Below, in pieces: positions 1 through 9,051 of a DNA stretch of 46,073 nt. Origin of the DNA: Ignavibacteriota bacterium (lineage in GTDB: Bacteria; Bacteroidota; Ignavibacteria; UBA10030; UBA6906); contig PMNE01000109.1 in the NCBI GenBank assembly GCA_003162635.1, positions 10,719-56,791 of the forward strand, in the 5' to 3' direction. A model generated the notes under the pieces. The model saw only the letters and a program-made list of their open reading frames with translations, was not told the origin of the DNA and ran no database searches. The translations under genes and the position numbers were made by a program. Within the stretch, counting starts at the first letter, position 1, and every line of letters starts with the position of its first letter.

Positions 1-59
1 ATCCGTTGCCGCACCTTGTCGAACTCAAGCTTGGAGGCGGACTGCTCCCAGCTGCTCAT
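1..59 (-). CDS. mutS2: 5' end of endonuclease MutS2 (truncated by window edge)
   Basis: Manual translation MSSWEQSASKLEFDKVRQR; LEFDK is typical of MutS2 N-termini; ATG overlaps the cvpA stop (ATGA). Only 19 codons visible. Confidence 0.6.
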   Translation of the reverse strand, partial: MSSWEQSASKLEFDKVRQR

Positions 60-616
60 AATCTTTTGCCGTGGCGAGAGGCCGGTTCAAAGATCTGGAT
101 TTGATTGAAGTGCTTTGTCATTTCCTCCTTCAGCCCCGAGGCGCCGGGAAAGTAGGACTCAAGGAGATCGAAAGTCCTGGGGACAATATTCGCCATCGGC
201 TTGTACAGCAGCGATTCCTGTCGAGTCTCTTCATCCGGGGTGTCGAATATTTTTAATCCAAGGAGAATGAAACTGATGATGAGTGCGCCTTCCACGATCC
301 CCAGGAAGACACCGAGCATGGTGGTGGTCGATTTTCCCACCCCGGTTTTCCCGAACTTATGGTAGAGAAAAATAGCCGGGATCATGACGGCCAACATGAC
401 GAGCGTGAAGCCGGCAACAAGTCCTCCTGTCTCGCTGAGCACGCCCGAATCAGAAAAAAAAGATCCGACCGGCTGCATGAATTTTGCCGCAAGGACGACA
501 GCCAGGAGGAACATGAGAAGGTTGAAGAGTTTCTTCACCGGCCCACCACGGTAACCGAGGAAGCCCCCAATCGCAAGACCCGCGATCAGGAAGATATCGA
601 TGGAAGAGAATTTCAT
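56..616 (-). CDS. cvpA: CvpA (colicin V production) family membrane protein
   Basis: 186 aa, ~4 TM helices, N-terminal 'IDIFL...GYRGG' and 'LGVFLGIVEG' patterns of CvpA. Confidence 0.8.
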   Translation of the reverse strand: MKFSSIDIFLIAGLAIGGFLGYRGGPVKKLFNLLMFLLAVVLAAKFMQPVGSFFSDSGVLSETGGLVAGFTLVMLAVMIPAIFLYHKFGKTGVGKSTTTMLGVFLGIVEGALIISFILLGLKIFDTPDEETRQESLLYKPMANIVPRTFDLLESYFPGASGLKEEMTKHFNQIQIFEPASRHGKRL

Positions 617-659
617 TGCGTGCCGATCCTTATGACGATGTTATCCTGCCCCGGGAGAT

Positions 660-1118
660 TTACACAACGCCGAGGGCCTTCTTCACCATTTCCTGCACCA
701 GCTTCCCGTCGCTCTTTCCCTTCACCTGCTTCATCACCAGCGGCATGACCTTCCCAAAGTCCCCGCCCCCCTGAGCTCCGGTCTGCGCGATCGCGTCGGA
801 GATCACGGCTGCTATTTCGTCCTCCGACAGCTGCTTCGGCAGGTATTCCTGCGTAATCGCCAGCTTCTTCTCTTCCTCCTCTACGAGGTCCAGACGCCCC
901 CCCTGCCTAAACAGATCGATCGATTCCTTTCTCTTCTTTGCAGCGCTTGAGAGAACCGCGAGTTCATCCTCCGGAGCCACGGGATTCCCGCTTCCCCGTT
1001 TCTCTATCTCCCGTTCCTTGAGTGCCGCGCTCAGCATCCGGACAGTCTCCAGGCGGATCGTCTCCTTTGCTTTCATTGCAGCCTTCAGATCCCCGGCAAG
1101 CTTCTCCTTCAGGGTCAT
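660..1118 (-). CDS. yqeY: GatB/YqeY domain protein
   Basis: MTLKEKLAGDLKAAMKAK...KKRKESIDLF...EYLPKQLSEDEI...DFGKVM...GKSDGK, classic YqeY. Confidence 0.93.
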   Translation of the reverse strand: MTLKEKLAGDLKAAMKAKETIRLETVRMLSAALKEREIEKRGSGNPVAPEDELAVLSSAAKKRKESIDLFRQGGRLDLVEEEEKKLAITQEYLPKQLSEDEIAAVISDAIAQTGAQGGGDFGKVMPLVMKQVKGKSDGKLVQEMVKKALGVV

Positions 1119-1142
1119 CGCCTCTTCTCCTTTGCATACGAA

Positions 1143-1180
1143 AGGAAAAGGCAGGAACAGCGTGTTACGCTCCTGCCTTC
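1143..1180 (-). terminator. Intrinsic terminator-like hairpin
   Basis: Minus strand AAGGCAGGA-GCGTAACACGCTGT-TCCTGCCTT followed by TTCCTTT; 9-bp stem with inner GCGT/ACGC pairing. Confidence 0.55.
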
Positions 1181-1238
1181 TGGGTCAACACTTCTGTCCG
1201 TTGTTCATTGTGAAATTACGTGTTTTTTCGCAAAAGAG

Positions 1239-1961
1239 TCAAACCCCTCCGAATGCTTTGATCACGTTCCCATTGAGGGAGCGGGCGGATTCCGAACAGA
1301 GGAAGAAGACCAGATCGGCAAGCTCCTCCGCACTCACCCAACGCGACGCGTCCGCTTTCGGCATGGATGCCTGGTTTGCGGGAGTTCGGATGATGCTCGG
1401 AGCAATCGCATTTGCCGTGATGCCTGTTCCCTTCACCTCCTCTGCGATGGTTTCCGTTAGTGTGACGATCCCCCCCTTGGCGATTGCATACGGCCCACGC
1501 CCGGCTGTGGGGAAAAGGGCGGGCATCGCGGCGATGCTGACGATACGGCCGAATTTTCGTTCCCGCATGTGAGGGAGGATCGCAGAACACATCAGAAAGG
1601 CAGTCTTCAGGTTTGTTGTGAGCATGTCGTCAAGTGTTGCCGCCGTCGCTTCACCAATCACGGCACCGCCTGCAAATGCCCCCGCCGTGTTCACAAGTAC
1701 ATCGATCCGGCCAAAGCGGTTGATCGTCTCCGCCACAAATTGACGAACTGCAGTCTCCACGGCAAGATCGGCTGCTGCGACGGATACTGCCTGCTTCCAT
1801 GGGGAGAATGCAGGCGGGATTTCCGGCAGGTGATTCGTCGGCCGCACCGGAATGGCGACCCGTCCCCCTGCTTCCAGAAATCGTTTGGCCACCGCTGTTC
1901 CCAGCGCGCCGGTGCCCCCGGTGATGATGGCCACTCTACTGGATGTCTCCTTCGAATCCAT
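1239..1961 (-). CDS. SDR family NAD(P)-dependent oxidoreductase
   Basis: TGGTGALG Rossmann motif, 'LVNTAG', catalytic YAIAK (YxxxK). Confidence 0.92.
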   Translation of the reverse strand: MDSKETSSRVAIITGGTGALGTAVAKRFLEAGGRVAIPVRPTNHLPEIPPAFSPWKQAVSVAAADLAVETAVRQFVAETINRFGRIDVLVNTAGAFAGGAVIGEATAATLDDMLTTNLKTAFLMCSAILPHMRERKFGRIVSIAAMPALFPTAGRGPYAIAKGGIVTLTETIAEEVKGTGITANAIAPSIIRTPANQASMPKADASRWVSAEELADLVFFLCSESARSLNGNVIKAFGGV

Positions 1962-1975
1962 GCCACGCCTCCCAC

Positions 1976-2004
1976 TTGATGTTTGAATGAAATACGCCTA
2001 TCTT
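1976..2004 (+). promoter_or_regulatory. Putative sigma70-type promoter for the peroxiredoxin/M28 genes
   Basis: TTGATG-17 nt-TATCTT, 28 nt before ATG 2033. Confidence 0.5.
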
Positions 2005-2032
2005 GGTCGGATATGAACAACCGGAGAAACTC

Positions 2033-2572
2033 ATGCGATCTTTCACAGTTCTCACTGCGTTCGTTTTGATCGCAAGCACTTCACCTGCGCAGGTGCAAGA
2101 TGCGCTGCGCATAGGAAGTAAAGCACCTGACTTCACCCTTCCCGGAGCAACCAAAGATACGATTCTTTCCAGTGGGTATCACCTCGCCGATTGGACCGCG
2201 AAGGGCCCTGTCGTTTTGGCGTTCTACCCTGCCGACTGGAGCGGAGGGTGCACAAAGGAGATGTGTTTGATGCGGGATCGGTTCACCGACCTCGGAAAAC
2301 TCCGCGTGACCGTCTTCGGGATCAGCGGAGACTACGTCTTCGCTCATCACGAATGGGCCAAGCAACTTGGTCTCCCCTTCGCTCTTCTCAGCGATCACAA
2401 CCACGCCGTTGCCAAACTCTATGCGAGTTACGCGGAGTCCCGCGGTTTCAACCTGCGTACCGTATACCTGATTGATTCCCACGGAATGGTCGCATATATC
2501 GATCCCGCCTACAGCACGGCAAGCGACGCATCATTCGAGAAGCTGAGAGACGCCATTGGTTCCATGCGCTGA
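2033..2572 (+). CDS. Exported peroxiredoxin (AhpC/TSA, BCP/AhpE-like)
   Basis: Signal peptide MRSFTVLTAFVLIASTSPA; APDFTL; FYPADWSGGCTKEMC peroxidatic motif; LLSD; conserved Arg in RTVYLID. Confidence 0.85.
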   Translation: MRSFTVLTAFVLIASTSPAQVQDALRIGSKAPDFTLPGATKDTILSSGYHLADWTAKGPVVLAFYPADWSGGCTKEMCLMRDRFTDLGKLRVTVFGISGDYVFAHHEWAKQLGLPFALLSDHNHAVAKLYASYAESRGFNLRTVYLIDSHGMVAYIDPAYSTASDASFEKLRDAIGSMR

Positions 2573-2583
2573 CGGGAATCGAG

Positions 2584-4494
2584 ATGAAAAAGATCACCGA
2601 CAACGAAATCTTCGATGGTTTCCCCATGTTCACCATACACACGAGAGTCACCATGCATATGATTCGGATAAACCAGCTTCGCAGAATGCTCATCCCGGCA
2701 ATCGTCATCTCCATCGGGGCAAGCACCGGGTTCGCCCAGAGTTCCTCTCCTGCGATGAGCGCCGAGGAGATCGCCGCCCACGTGAAGTACCTCTCGTCCG
2801 ACGAGCTCGAGGGACGGGGATCGGGGACGCCGGGGCACGAGAAGGCTGCGGCGTACGTCATCCGGCTTCTTCAGAGCTATGGATTGCACCCGGCCGGGGA
2901 CAGCGGGACATACCAGCAACACTTTGAGTTCGTCGCAGGCGTGAAACTCGGATCTGCCAATGAAGTGAGTTTTGCCGGGGCGGGGATTCCCGGCGGAAGA
3001 ACAGAATTGTCCGTTGACTCCGACTTCCGTCCGCTCGGTTTTTCGGAAGACACAAGCGTTGCCGCCCCTCTTGTCTTTGCCGGCTATGGCATCAGCGCGA
3101 ACGATTCCTCGTATGATGATTTCCGAAATTGCGATGTGACCGGAAAGGTTGTCGTCGTTCTTCGCTATAGTCCTGCGGGAAGCGATCCCCACGCGTCGCT
3201 GAATCAGGTGAGCTCGCTTCGGAACAAGGCACGCCTTGCGAGGGAACGGGGGGCGCTCGGACTGATTGTCGTCACCGGACCACGAGACGACCAGGACGAC
3301 GACCTGATCCGGCTGACATTCGACCAGGCGTTTGCGAGCTCCGGCATCCCGGCAATTTCCATGAAGCGGAGTGCTCTCGATCCCCTTGTCCACGCCGCGG
3401 GCTGGACCTTTGAGGCGATCCAGGACACCATCAACCGCAACAAGAAGCCGGTGACCTTCGTCTTTCCTGATGTTCGGATCTCTCTGCGCACCGATGTCCG
3501 GAAGGTCACGGGAAGGACGGAGAATGTTGTCGCCTTTTTGCCCGGACGCGATCCGGTCTTGAAAGACGAGGCCGTGATTCTTGGTGCCCATCTGGATCAC
3601 CTCGGGTACGGAGGCCCCGGCTCCGGTTCCATGGTGCCCGATACGGTCGCCATTCATCACGGCGCCGACGATAACGCCTCGGGATCGGCGGGCCTTCTTG
3701 CGATCGCCCGGTCGTTGGCCGCAGACAGCGCCTCTTTGCAGAGGAGCGTTGTCGTGATCTTTTTCTCCGGTGAGGAACTCGGCACTCTTGGCTCGGGATT
3801 CTACGTCCTCCATCCCTTCTTCCCGCTCTCAGCGACGACGGCCATGATCAACATGGACATGGTGGGACGGATGGAAAACAACACGCTCACGGTCAATGGC
3901 ACAGGAACATCCACCGTCTGGGACTCGCTCCTCACGCTGGAGAACACCAACCCGTCGTTGACTCTCAAGAGCGTCCCCGACGGCTATGGGCCAAGCGACC
4001 ACGCGCAATTCTATGGAAAGGACATACCGGTTCTCTTCTTTTTCACGGGGACGCACAACGACTACCACAAGCCGAGCGATACGTGGGATCGCTTGAACTA
4101 TCCCGGGGAAGAACAGGTGGTCCGGCTTGTCGGACGGATTACGGGAGATCTCGTGCGCGGCGGAGGCCGGCCCCCGTTCGTTCGCGTCGCGTCGACGGGC
4201 GGCCCTTCCACCGGCGATGCCCGTGCGTTCCGCGTGACCCTGGGCATCATCCCCGACTATGCCGAAGGGACCCAAGGAATGAAGATCAGCGGGGTGCGTC
4301 CCGGGGGAGCCGCAGAAAAGGCAGGACTGATGCCGGGGGATATCATCGTCATGATGGGCGGAAAGAAAGTCCTGAACATCTACGATTACATGGGATTGCT
4401 GGGGGAACTGAAGGCGGGGCAGGTCGTCGAAGTCCGTGTCATGCGCGGGGGAAAATCGGTCACCTGCACGGCGACCATGGAAAAGCGGAAATAA
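2584..4494 (+). CDS. M28 aminopeptidase with PA and C-terminal PDZ domains
   Basis: LSSDELEGR, GAHLDHLG, GADDNASG, FSGEELG, NMDMVGR, SDH, YHKPSD; PDZ 'LGIIPDY...AAEKAGL'. True start probably 2653-2686. Confidence 0.9.
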   Translation: MKKITDNEIFDGFPMFTIHTRVTMHMIRINQLRRMLIPAIVISIGASTGFAQSSSPAMSAEEIAAHVKYLSSDELEGRGSGTPGHEKAAAYVIRLLQSYGLHPAGDSGTYQQHFEFVAGVKLGSANEVSFAGAGIPGGRTELSVDSDFRPLGFSEDTSVAAPLVFAGYGISANDSSYDDFRNCDVTGKVVVVLRYSPAGSDPHASLNQVSSLRNKARLARERGALGLIVVTGPRDDQDDDLIRLTFDQAFASSGIPAISMKRSALDPLVHAAGWTFEAIQDTINRNKKPVTFVFPDVRISLRTDVRKVTGRTENVVAFLPGRDPVLKDEAVILGAHLDHLGYGGPGSGSMVPDTVAIHHGADDNASGSAGLLAIARSLAADSASLQRSVVVIFFSGEELGTLGSGFYVLHPFFPLSATTAMINMDMVGRMENNTLTVNGTGTSTVWDSLLTLENTNPSLTLKSVPDGYGPSDHAQFYGKDIPVLFFFTGTHNDYHKPSDTWDRLNYPGEEQVVRLVGRITGDLVRGGGRPPFVRVASTGGPSTGDARAFRVTLGIIPDYAEGTQGMKISGVRPGGAAEKAGLMPGDIIVMMGGKKVLNIYDYMGLLGELKAGQVVEVRVMRGGKSVTCTATMEKRK

Positions 4495-4506
4495 AAACGA
4501 GTCCTG

Positions 4507-4695
4507 CTACTTCCTGACGCCTGCCAGGCGGGCTCTCCCTTCGGCAAGGAGCTCTTCAACGATGCGAAGACGGGCCTCTTCGCTGCGCGCTGCGAAAAGG
4601 TCGGTCCGCCCGTTGTCAATCAACGGACGAAGCCCTTCATGTTCGTGGGGAGAGAGCTCCTTCGTGAATGCGTGGAAGGCATCCCATGCTGCCAT
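4507..4695 (-). CDS. Small hypothetical protein (62 aa)
   Basis: AAGGAG upstream of ATG; fills the gap at the end of a minus-strand run. Confidence 0.55.
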   Translation of the reverse strand: MAAWDAFHAFTKELSPHEHEGLRPLIDNGRTDLFAARSEEARLRIVEELLAEGRARLAGVRK

Positions 4696-4734
4696 GATTC
4701 TCTCGACTCCTTTCTTCTTTACCGGCGATCGGAT

Positions 4735-5217
4735 TCACTTGCTGTAGTGCCATCCGGTCTCCCGGAGCGTCAGGACTCCCTCGTCATCGGAGGAGACGAC
4801 CGCATCGACAACCTCGCCGAAAACAACCACGTGATCTCCGGCTTCCACCTCATGCAATAACTTGCAGGCAATCGCAGCGGAAGCATCGCGCAGAAAAGGG
4901 GCTCCATTGGACGCGGCGGCGAACCCTCGTCCCCCGATCGCTCCTCCTTCCGCAGCAGGTCCTTTGAGATACTTCTTGGCGATCTCCGTTCCCCCTGATG
5001 GGAGGATATTCAGCGAAAACACACCTGAGGCATGCACGAACATCCGCATGCGGGAGTCTTGTTCGAGGGCGAGAGCGATGCACAGCGGATGAAACGACAC
5101 CTGGGTTACCCAATTGCCGATCATCGTTACGGGAACGCCTTCGTGGAGAGAGCCGATGACGTAGAGGCCGTAGGGTATGCGTTGCAGGGCGCGGAGCGCC
5201 GCATCGTCACGAGTCAT
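4735..5217 (-). CDS. Flavin reductase / flavoredoxin-like FMN-binding protein
   Basis: IPYGLYVI, WVTQVSFHP, FSLNIL, GAPFL, GDHVVVFGEV; start overlaps upstream stop (ATGA). Confidence 0.88.
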   Translation of the reverse strand: MTRDDAALRALQRIPYGLYVIGSLHEGVPVTMIGNWVTQVSFHPLCIALALEQDSRMRMFVHASGVFSLNILPSGGTEIAKKYLKGPAAEGGAIGGRGFAAASNGAPFLRDASAAIACKLLHEVEAGDHVVVFGEVVDAVVSSDDEGVLTLRETGWHYSK

Positions 5218-5561
5218 CGCGGTGGGGTCTCCGACGCCATCCTTTCGGCGACGCACTGTGGACATTCGCAAAGAGCACGAAGGATCTCCCAGGAATAGAT
5301 CCCCTCACCGTGCCCGTCCGCCCATTGCAGTTGCAGCCCGTAGTTTCCGACCATGGAAGCCCCCTTCAACACGTATCGTCCCGGCGTGGCCACATCAGGG
5401 GGAGGAGGAACAAAGGTTTGCAGGAGAATCGTTTCCCCCTTGCACCCGGCGCAGGGACAGGCGTCCCTGAGCGGTTGGAGGGATACTCCCCCGTCATGCC
5501 CGTCATCCCATACCATGCGGACGCGACCGCCCGCCTCCTGCCTGAACTGCTTGAGCTGCAC
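5214..5561 (-). CDS. DUF971 / GBBH-like N-terminal domain protein
   Basis: WDDGH...LRDACPCAGC...VGNYGLQLQWADGHGEGIYSWEIL signature; GTG start with AGGAG. Confidence 0.88.
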   Translation of the reverse strand: MQLKQFRQEAGGRVRMVWDDGHDGGVSLQPLRDACPCAGCKGETILLQTFVPPPPDVATPGRYVLKGASMVGNYGLQLQWADGHGEGIYSWEILRALCECPQCVAERMASETPPR

Positions 5562-5621
5562 AGCCGGACTCCTTTGCTGCTGCGCGGGTCACCATGACCA
5601 CGCCGCTGTCGGAGCATCCGC

Positions 5622-6107
5622 TCACACCATGCGGCGGGCGACCTCACGCAGCGCGTCCTTTGTAAGGAACTTCTGGACGAGCGGGAAGAGAATGTGGTTT
5701 TCTTTGTGGATGTGGTTCACGAAAATCTGTACGACGCCCTTGGCAACCGCTTCCAGCTCTCGCGCGGCAGACTTGTCTTTCCGGTGCATGCCCACACGCT
5801 CAACCGCCTTGCGCAGCTTTCGGAAATCGCGCGCAAGCACCCTGTGATCCTCCCGCATCATCTTCGTCGGTCCTTCGACATATCGTTCCAGCACGGGGAA
5901 CAGAGCGTCTTCCTCGCTCTTGTTGTGGACGCTCACTTCCTCATCGATAAACTGAAGCGCACGGAGGAGTTTCCGAAACGCGGCAGGAGAGAAGCCGTCC
6001 TCGGCAATCGAGCGGCTTGATTTGTTCAGGGAGGCAAGTTCCACCAGCGCGTGATCATGCTCCTGCATGAATTGCGCGATCGGATCAATGTAGCGCTTCA
6101 GGGCCAT
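5622..6107 (-). CDS. Hemerythrin-like (HHE) di-iron domain protein
   Basis: EH...HNKSEEDALFP...DH...HIHKENHILFP (H, HxxxE, H, HxxxE). Confidence 0.9.
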   Translation of the reverse strand: MALKRYIDPIAQFMQEHDHALVELASLNKSSRSIAEDGFSPAAFRKLLRALQFIDEEVSVHNKSEEDALFPVLERYVEGPTKMMREDHRVLARDFRKLRKAVERVGMHRKDKSAARELEAVAKGVVQIFVNHIHKENHILFPLVQKFLTKDALREVARRMV

Positions 6108-6134
6108 CGTCGCTTCGTGCTCTTCTCCCCCCCG

Positions 6135-6434
6135 TCAGATGGCTTCGACAACCGTTGTGTACTTCATCCCCTCTTCATCGATCAGTCCTTCCAGCTCGCC
6201 GACGAGTGCTACCGTGGTCTCGTCCTGATTGTCTTCCAGCGCGTCGTACTCCTCGACGCTATTTGTGAGAAAGACCTCGGTGAAGAGATTCTTCCTCCCC
6301 TTTGCCTCATAGACCGAGTAATTCTTCTTCCCCGATGTCGTGAAGTGTTCCTTCATCCTCCGCGCCAGATCGAGGTACGCATCGCGGCGCTCCGGTTTGA
6401 TGCCGTACGTAATGGTAAACATGACTCTGGGCAT
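6135..6434 (-). CDS. Hypothetical protein, possible dimeric alpha/beta-barrel fold
   Basis: 99 aa, AAAGGA upstream; 'ITYGIKPERRDAYL...YSVYE...FTEVF' pattern resembles ABM-like proteins. Confidence 0.65.
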   Translation of the reverse strand: MPRVMFTITYGIKPERRDAYLDLARRMKEHFTTSGKKNYSVYEAKGRKNLFTEVFLTNSVEEYDALEDNQDETTVALVGELEGLIDEEGMKYTTVVEAI

Positions 6435-6467
6435 TGCGTCTTTCCTTTCACTTATGAAAAACCTCTG

Positions 6468-6845
6468 TCAGTAACCAGCCGCCCGGATCTCCCTCTCGCT
6501 CATGCCGAAATAATGCCCCAGTTCATGGATCAGGGTATCCCGGATGATCTCCGAGACCTCATGGGGTGAGCGGGAAATTGCAAGAATATTCCCACGGAAG
6601 AGCGTAATCGTATCCGGGACAACGGGATACATACCATAGTTGGTCCCCCGTTTCGTCAACGGGATGCCTTCATAGAGTCCGAGGAGGATCGTTCCCGGCC
6701 GATATCCCTTCCTTCGCTCCAACCGGTCATCCGGGGTTTCTTCAATGACGATTCGCACGTTATCGACGGCATCGCGGAACGGCTCCGGAAGAGCGTCAAA
6801 GACCAGCTGCGCTGTCCGCTCGAACTCTTCCCTCTCCACCGTCAT
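6468..6845 (-). CDS. Zinicin-like metallopeptidase (DUF1025 type)
   Basis: LLGLYEGIPL...PDTITLF...HELGHYFG (HExxH); ATGA coupling to upstream gene. Confidence 0.9.
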   Translation of the reverse strand: MTVEREEFERTAQLVFDALPEPFRDAVDNVRIVIEETPDDRLERRKGYRPGTILLGLYEGIPLTKRGTNYGMYPVVPDTITLFRGNILAISRSPHEVSEIIRDTLIHELGHYFGMSEREIRAAGY

Positions 6846-7534
6846 ACCACCCGGAGTGCAACAACGCCGGCACCCGCCAGCGCAACCAGGAGGAACGAAA
6901 CAACATACGCCCGCATCCGCGCCAATCCGAGTGAGACGCGGCAACCCGCAGCCAGGAGGAGGCAACTCCAGAGGACGGCGACGCCGTCAAGTCCGACGAG
7001 AAACAGGTACGCAAGACGGTTTATCACCGCTGGTGGCGGGTTGTTCCCGAAAAAATATATCCCGAAGAGTGCGATCTCCGCAGGAAACACAAAGAAAAGA
7101 GAGAACACGGTGGGAACGAGGGCGTATGCGAGCACTGCAACGACGTTCCTGAACGAACCATGGCCTCCGAGCATTCGGCCGATGAGGAGCGCCGTCACGC
7201 TCGCTATGGCCAAGAACGCGATCCCGAACGGCGGACCCACCAACAGGCCCGTGCCAAGCAGTGTCGCAATATTCGCAAACCACGGTCCCATGTTCCTATA
7301 CCACAGGACGCCGTAGAGCATCGCCATTCCGGCGAGACATCCCAAAACAATCACATAATTCTTATGCCGCGACAACACGATCCGGCGCAGCGTTGCACCC
7401 GGAGATTCCACCACCCCCCACAGAGTGCTGAACAGATCCAGTGTGTCCACCTTTGCCTGGAGATAACTCCTACAGGCAGGACACACCACGGCAAGGTCGT
7501 CGTTCTGCGCACCGCACACAGTGCACTCCCTCAT
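6842..7534 (-). CDS. Yip1-like membrane protein with N-terminal zinc ribbon
   Basis: CTVCG...VCPAC, then 'LWGVVESPGATL' and ~5 TM helices. Confidence 0.7.
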   Translation of the reverse strand: MRECTVCGAQNDDLAVVCPACRSYLQAKVDTLDLFSTLWGVVESPGATLRRIVLSRHKNYVIVLGCLAGMAMLYGVLWYRNMGPWFANIATLLGTGLLVGPPFGIAFLAIASVTALLIGRMLGGHGSFRNVVAVLAYALVPTVFSLFFVFPAEIALFGIYFFGNNPPPAVINRLAYLFLVGLDGVAVLWSCLLLAAGCRVSLGLARMRAYVVSFLLVALAGAGVVALRVV

Positions 7535-7568
7535 TGCCGTCCACCTTGTGAAATCGTTACTATCCATA

Positions 7569-7597
7569 AGTATACCAAATACTCGCAACGGAATCAA
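7569..7597 (-). promoter_or_regulatory. Putative sigma70 promoter for the Yip1-to-flavin reductase run
   Basis: TTGATT-17 nt-TATACT with TG at the extended -10 position. Confidence 0.6.
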
Positions 7598-7636
7598 CGA
7601 GAATCTGCGAAAAAGGGCAGTTTCAGGAAGGGGATT

Positions 7637-9010
7637 TTACGTGATTGGGGCGAATTTCGCTGTGAAGTGGCGGAGCATGGGAGGCTCTTCGACCACACGG
7701 TATCCCTTCAGCGTTTCTCTGTGCGCAAAACAGTCTGCGACGACCTCGAAGACATAGTCGATGTGGCTCTGCGTATAGACGCGCCGCGGCATGGCCAGGC
7801 GGACCAATTCCATCCGCGCGGGAACGAACGTGCCGGATGCATCCGTCTTGCCGAACATGACGCTGCCGATTTCTGCCGAGCGTATCCCACCTTCCAGGAA
7901 CAAGGCCACCGAAAGAGACTGCCCGGGAAATTCATGCGGAGGAATGTGCGGCAGGAACTTCTTCGCATTGAGGTAGATCGCATGGCCCCCCGGAGGCTGC
8001 ATGATCGGGACTCCCTCCTTCACCAGGCGTTCGCCGAGATATTCGACCGAACGGAGGCGGTATTGCAGATAGTGTTCATCCAGGACTTCATCGAGACCTT
8101 GCGCGATTGCTTCAAGGTCCCTTCCGGCAAGACCTCCGTAGGTCGGAAATCCCTCCGTCATGATGAGGAGATTCCTGGCTCTCGCCGCCAGTTCATCGTC
8201 CTGCAGCGCCAGGAATCCGCCCATATTGACAATCGCGTCCTTCTTTGCGCTCATGGTCACGCCGTCCACGAGCGAAAACATCTCCTGCACGATGGCCTTC
8301 ACGGGGGTTGTAGCGTACTCCCGTTCCCGCTTCTTGATGAAGTATGCATTTTCGGCGAATCGGCAGGCGTCGAGGAAGAGGGGAACGCCCTCTCTGCGGC
8401 AGATGTCGCGGGTTTCACGGATGTTCTGCATGGAGACGGGTTGTCCGCCGCCGGAGTTGTTCGTCACTGTCATCATGCACAGGGGGACGCTCCCCTTGGG
8501 CGCGCGCCGGAAGAATTCTTCGAGGCCGGCAGTATCCATATTTCCCTTGAAGTCCGCGATGAGATCCGGATCGCGTCCCTCGGCTGTCGGAAGATCGACC
8601 GCCTCCGCGCCGGTGAATTCCACATTCGCCCGGGTGGTATCAAAATGCGAGTTGTTCGGAACGATTTTCCCTGGTCCTCCCACAAGTGAGAAGAGGATCT
8701 TCTCCGCGGCCCGTCCCTGATGCGTCGGTATGATGTTCTTCATCCCGGTCAGTTCCCGCACCTTCGCCTCGAACCGATAGAAGCTCCGTGCGCCTGCGTA
8801 CGATTCGTCTCCCTGCATCATGCCAGCCCACTGTGCCGCGCTCATCGCGGCCGTGCCGCTGTCGGTGAGGAGATCGATGAGGACATCCTCCGCCCGGATC
8901 ATGAAGAGGTTGTAGAATCCCTTCCGGAGAACGGCCTCTCGTTCCTCCCGCGTGGTGAAATGGATCGGCTCGACCGATTTGATCTTGAAGGGCTCAATGA
9001 TGGTTTTCAT
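7637..9010 (-). CDS. tnaA: Tryptophanase (tryptophan indole-lyase)
   Basis: EPFKIKSVE, IDLLTDSGT, HQGRAAE, PLP lysine in MSAKKD; FDTT and LRHFTA favour tryptophanase over tyrosine phenol-lyase. Confidence 0.88.
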   Translation of the reverse strand: MKTIIEPFKIKSVEPIHFTTREEREAVLRKGFYNLFMIRAEDVLIDLLTDSGTAAMSAAQWAGMMQGDESYAGARSFYRFEAKVRELTGMKNIIPTHQGRAAEKILFSLVGGPGKIVPNNSHFDTTRANVEFTGAEAVDLPTAEGRDPDLIADFKGNMDTAGLEEFFRRAPKGSVPLCMMTVTNNSGGGQPVSMQNIRETRDICRREGVPLFLDACRFAENAYFIKKREREYATTPVKAIVQEMFSLVDGVTMSAKKDAIVNMGGFLALQDDELAARARNLLIMTEGFPTYGGLAGRDLEAIAQGLDEVLDEHYLQYRLRSVEYLGERLVKEGVPIMQPPGGHAIYLNAKKFLPHIPPHEFPGQSLSVALFLEGGIRSAEIGSVMFGKTDASGTFVPARMELVRLAMPRRVYTQSHIDYVFEVVADCFAHRETLKGYRVVEEPPMLRHFTAKFAPIT

Positions 9011-9051
9011 GGCGACCCCGGTTGTGTCCGCGCCCTGGCGGGCGCGGAGTA

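Noticed and set aside
2509-3813. Long antisense ORFs (also 7160-8689, 9503-10675, 16318-17703, 22410-23471, 29421-31151, 31182-32996, 36844-38094)
   Set aside because: They lie opposite well-supported genes and have no motifs; such shadow ORFs are expected at this GC content
7637-9010. Tyrosine phenol-lyase
   Set aside because: FDTT and LRHFTA match tryptophanase rather than TPL (FTTT, LRFFTA)
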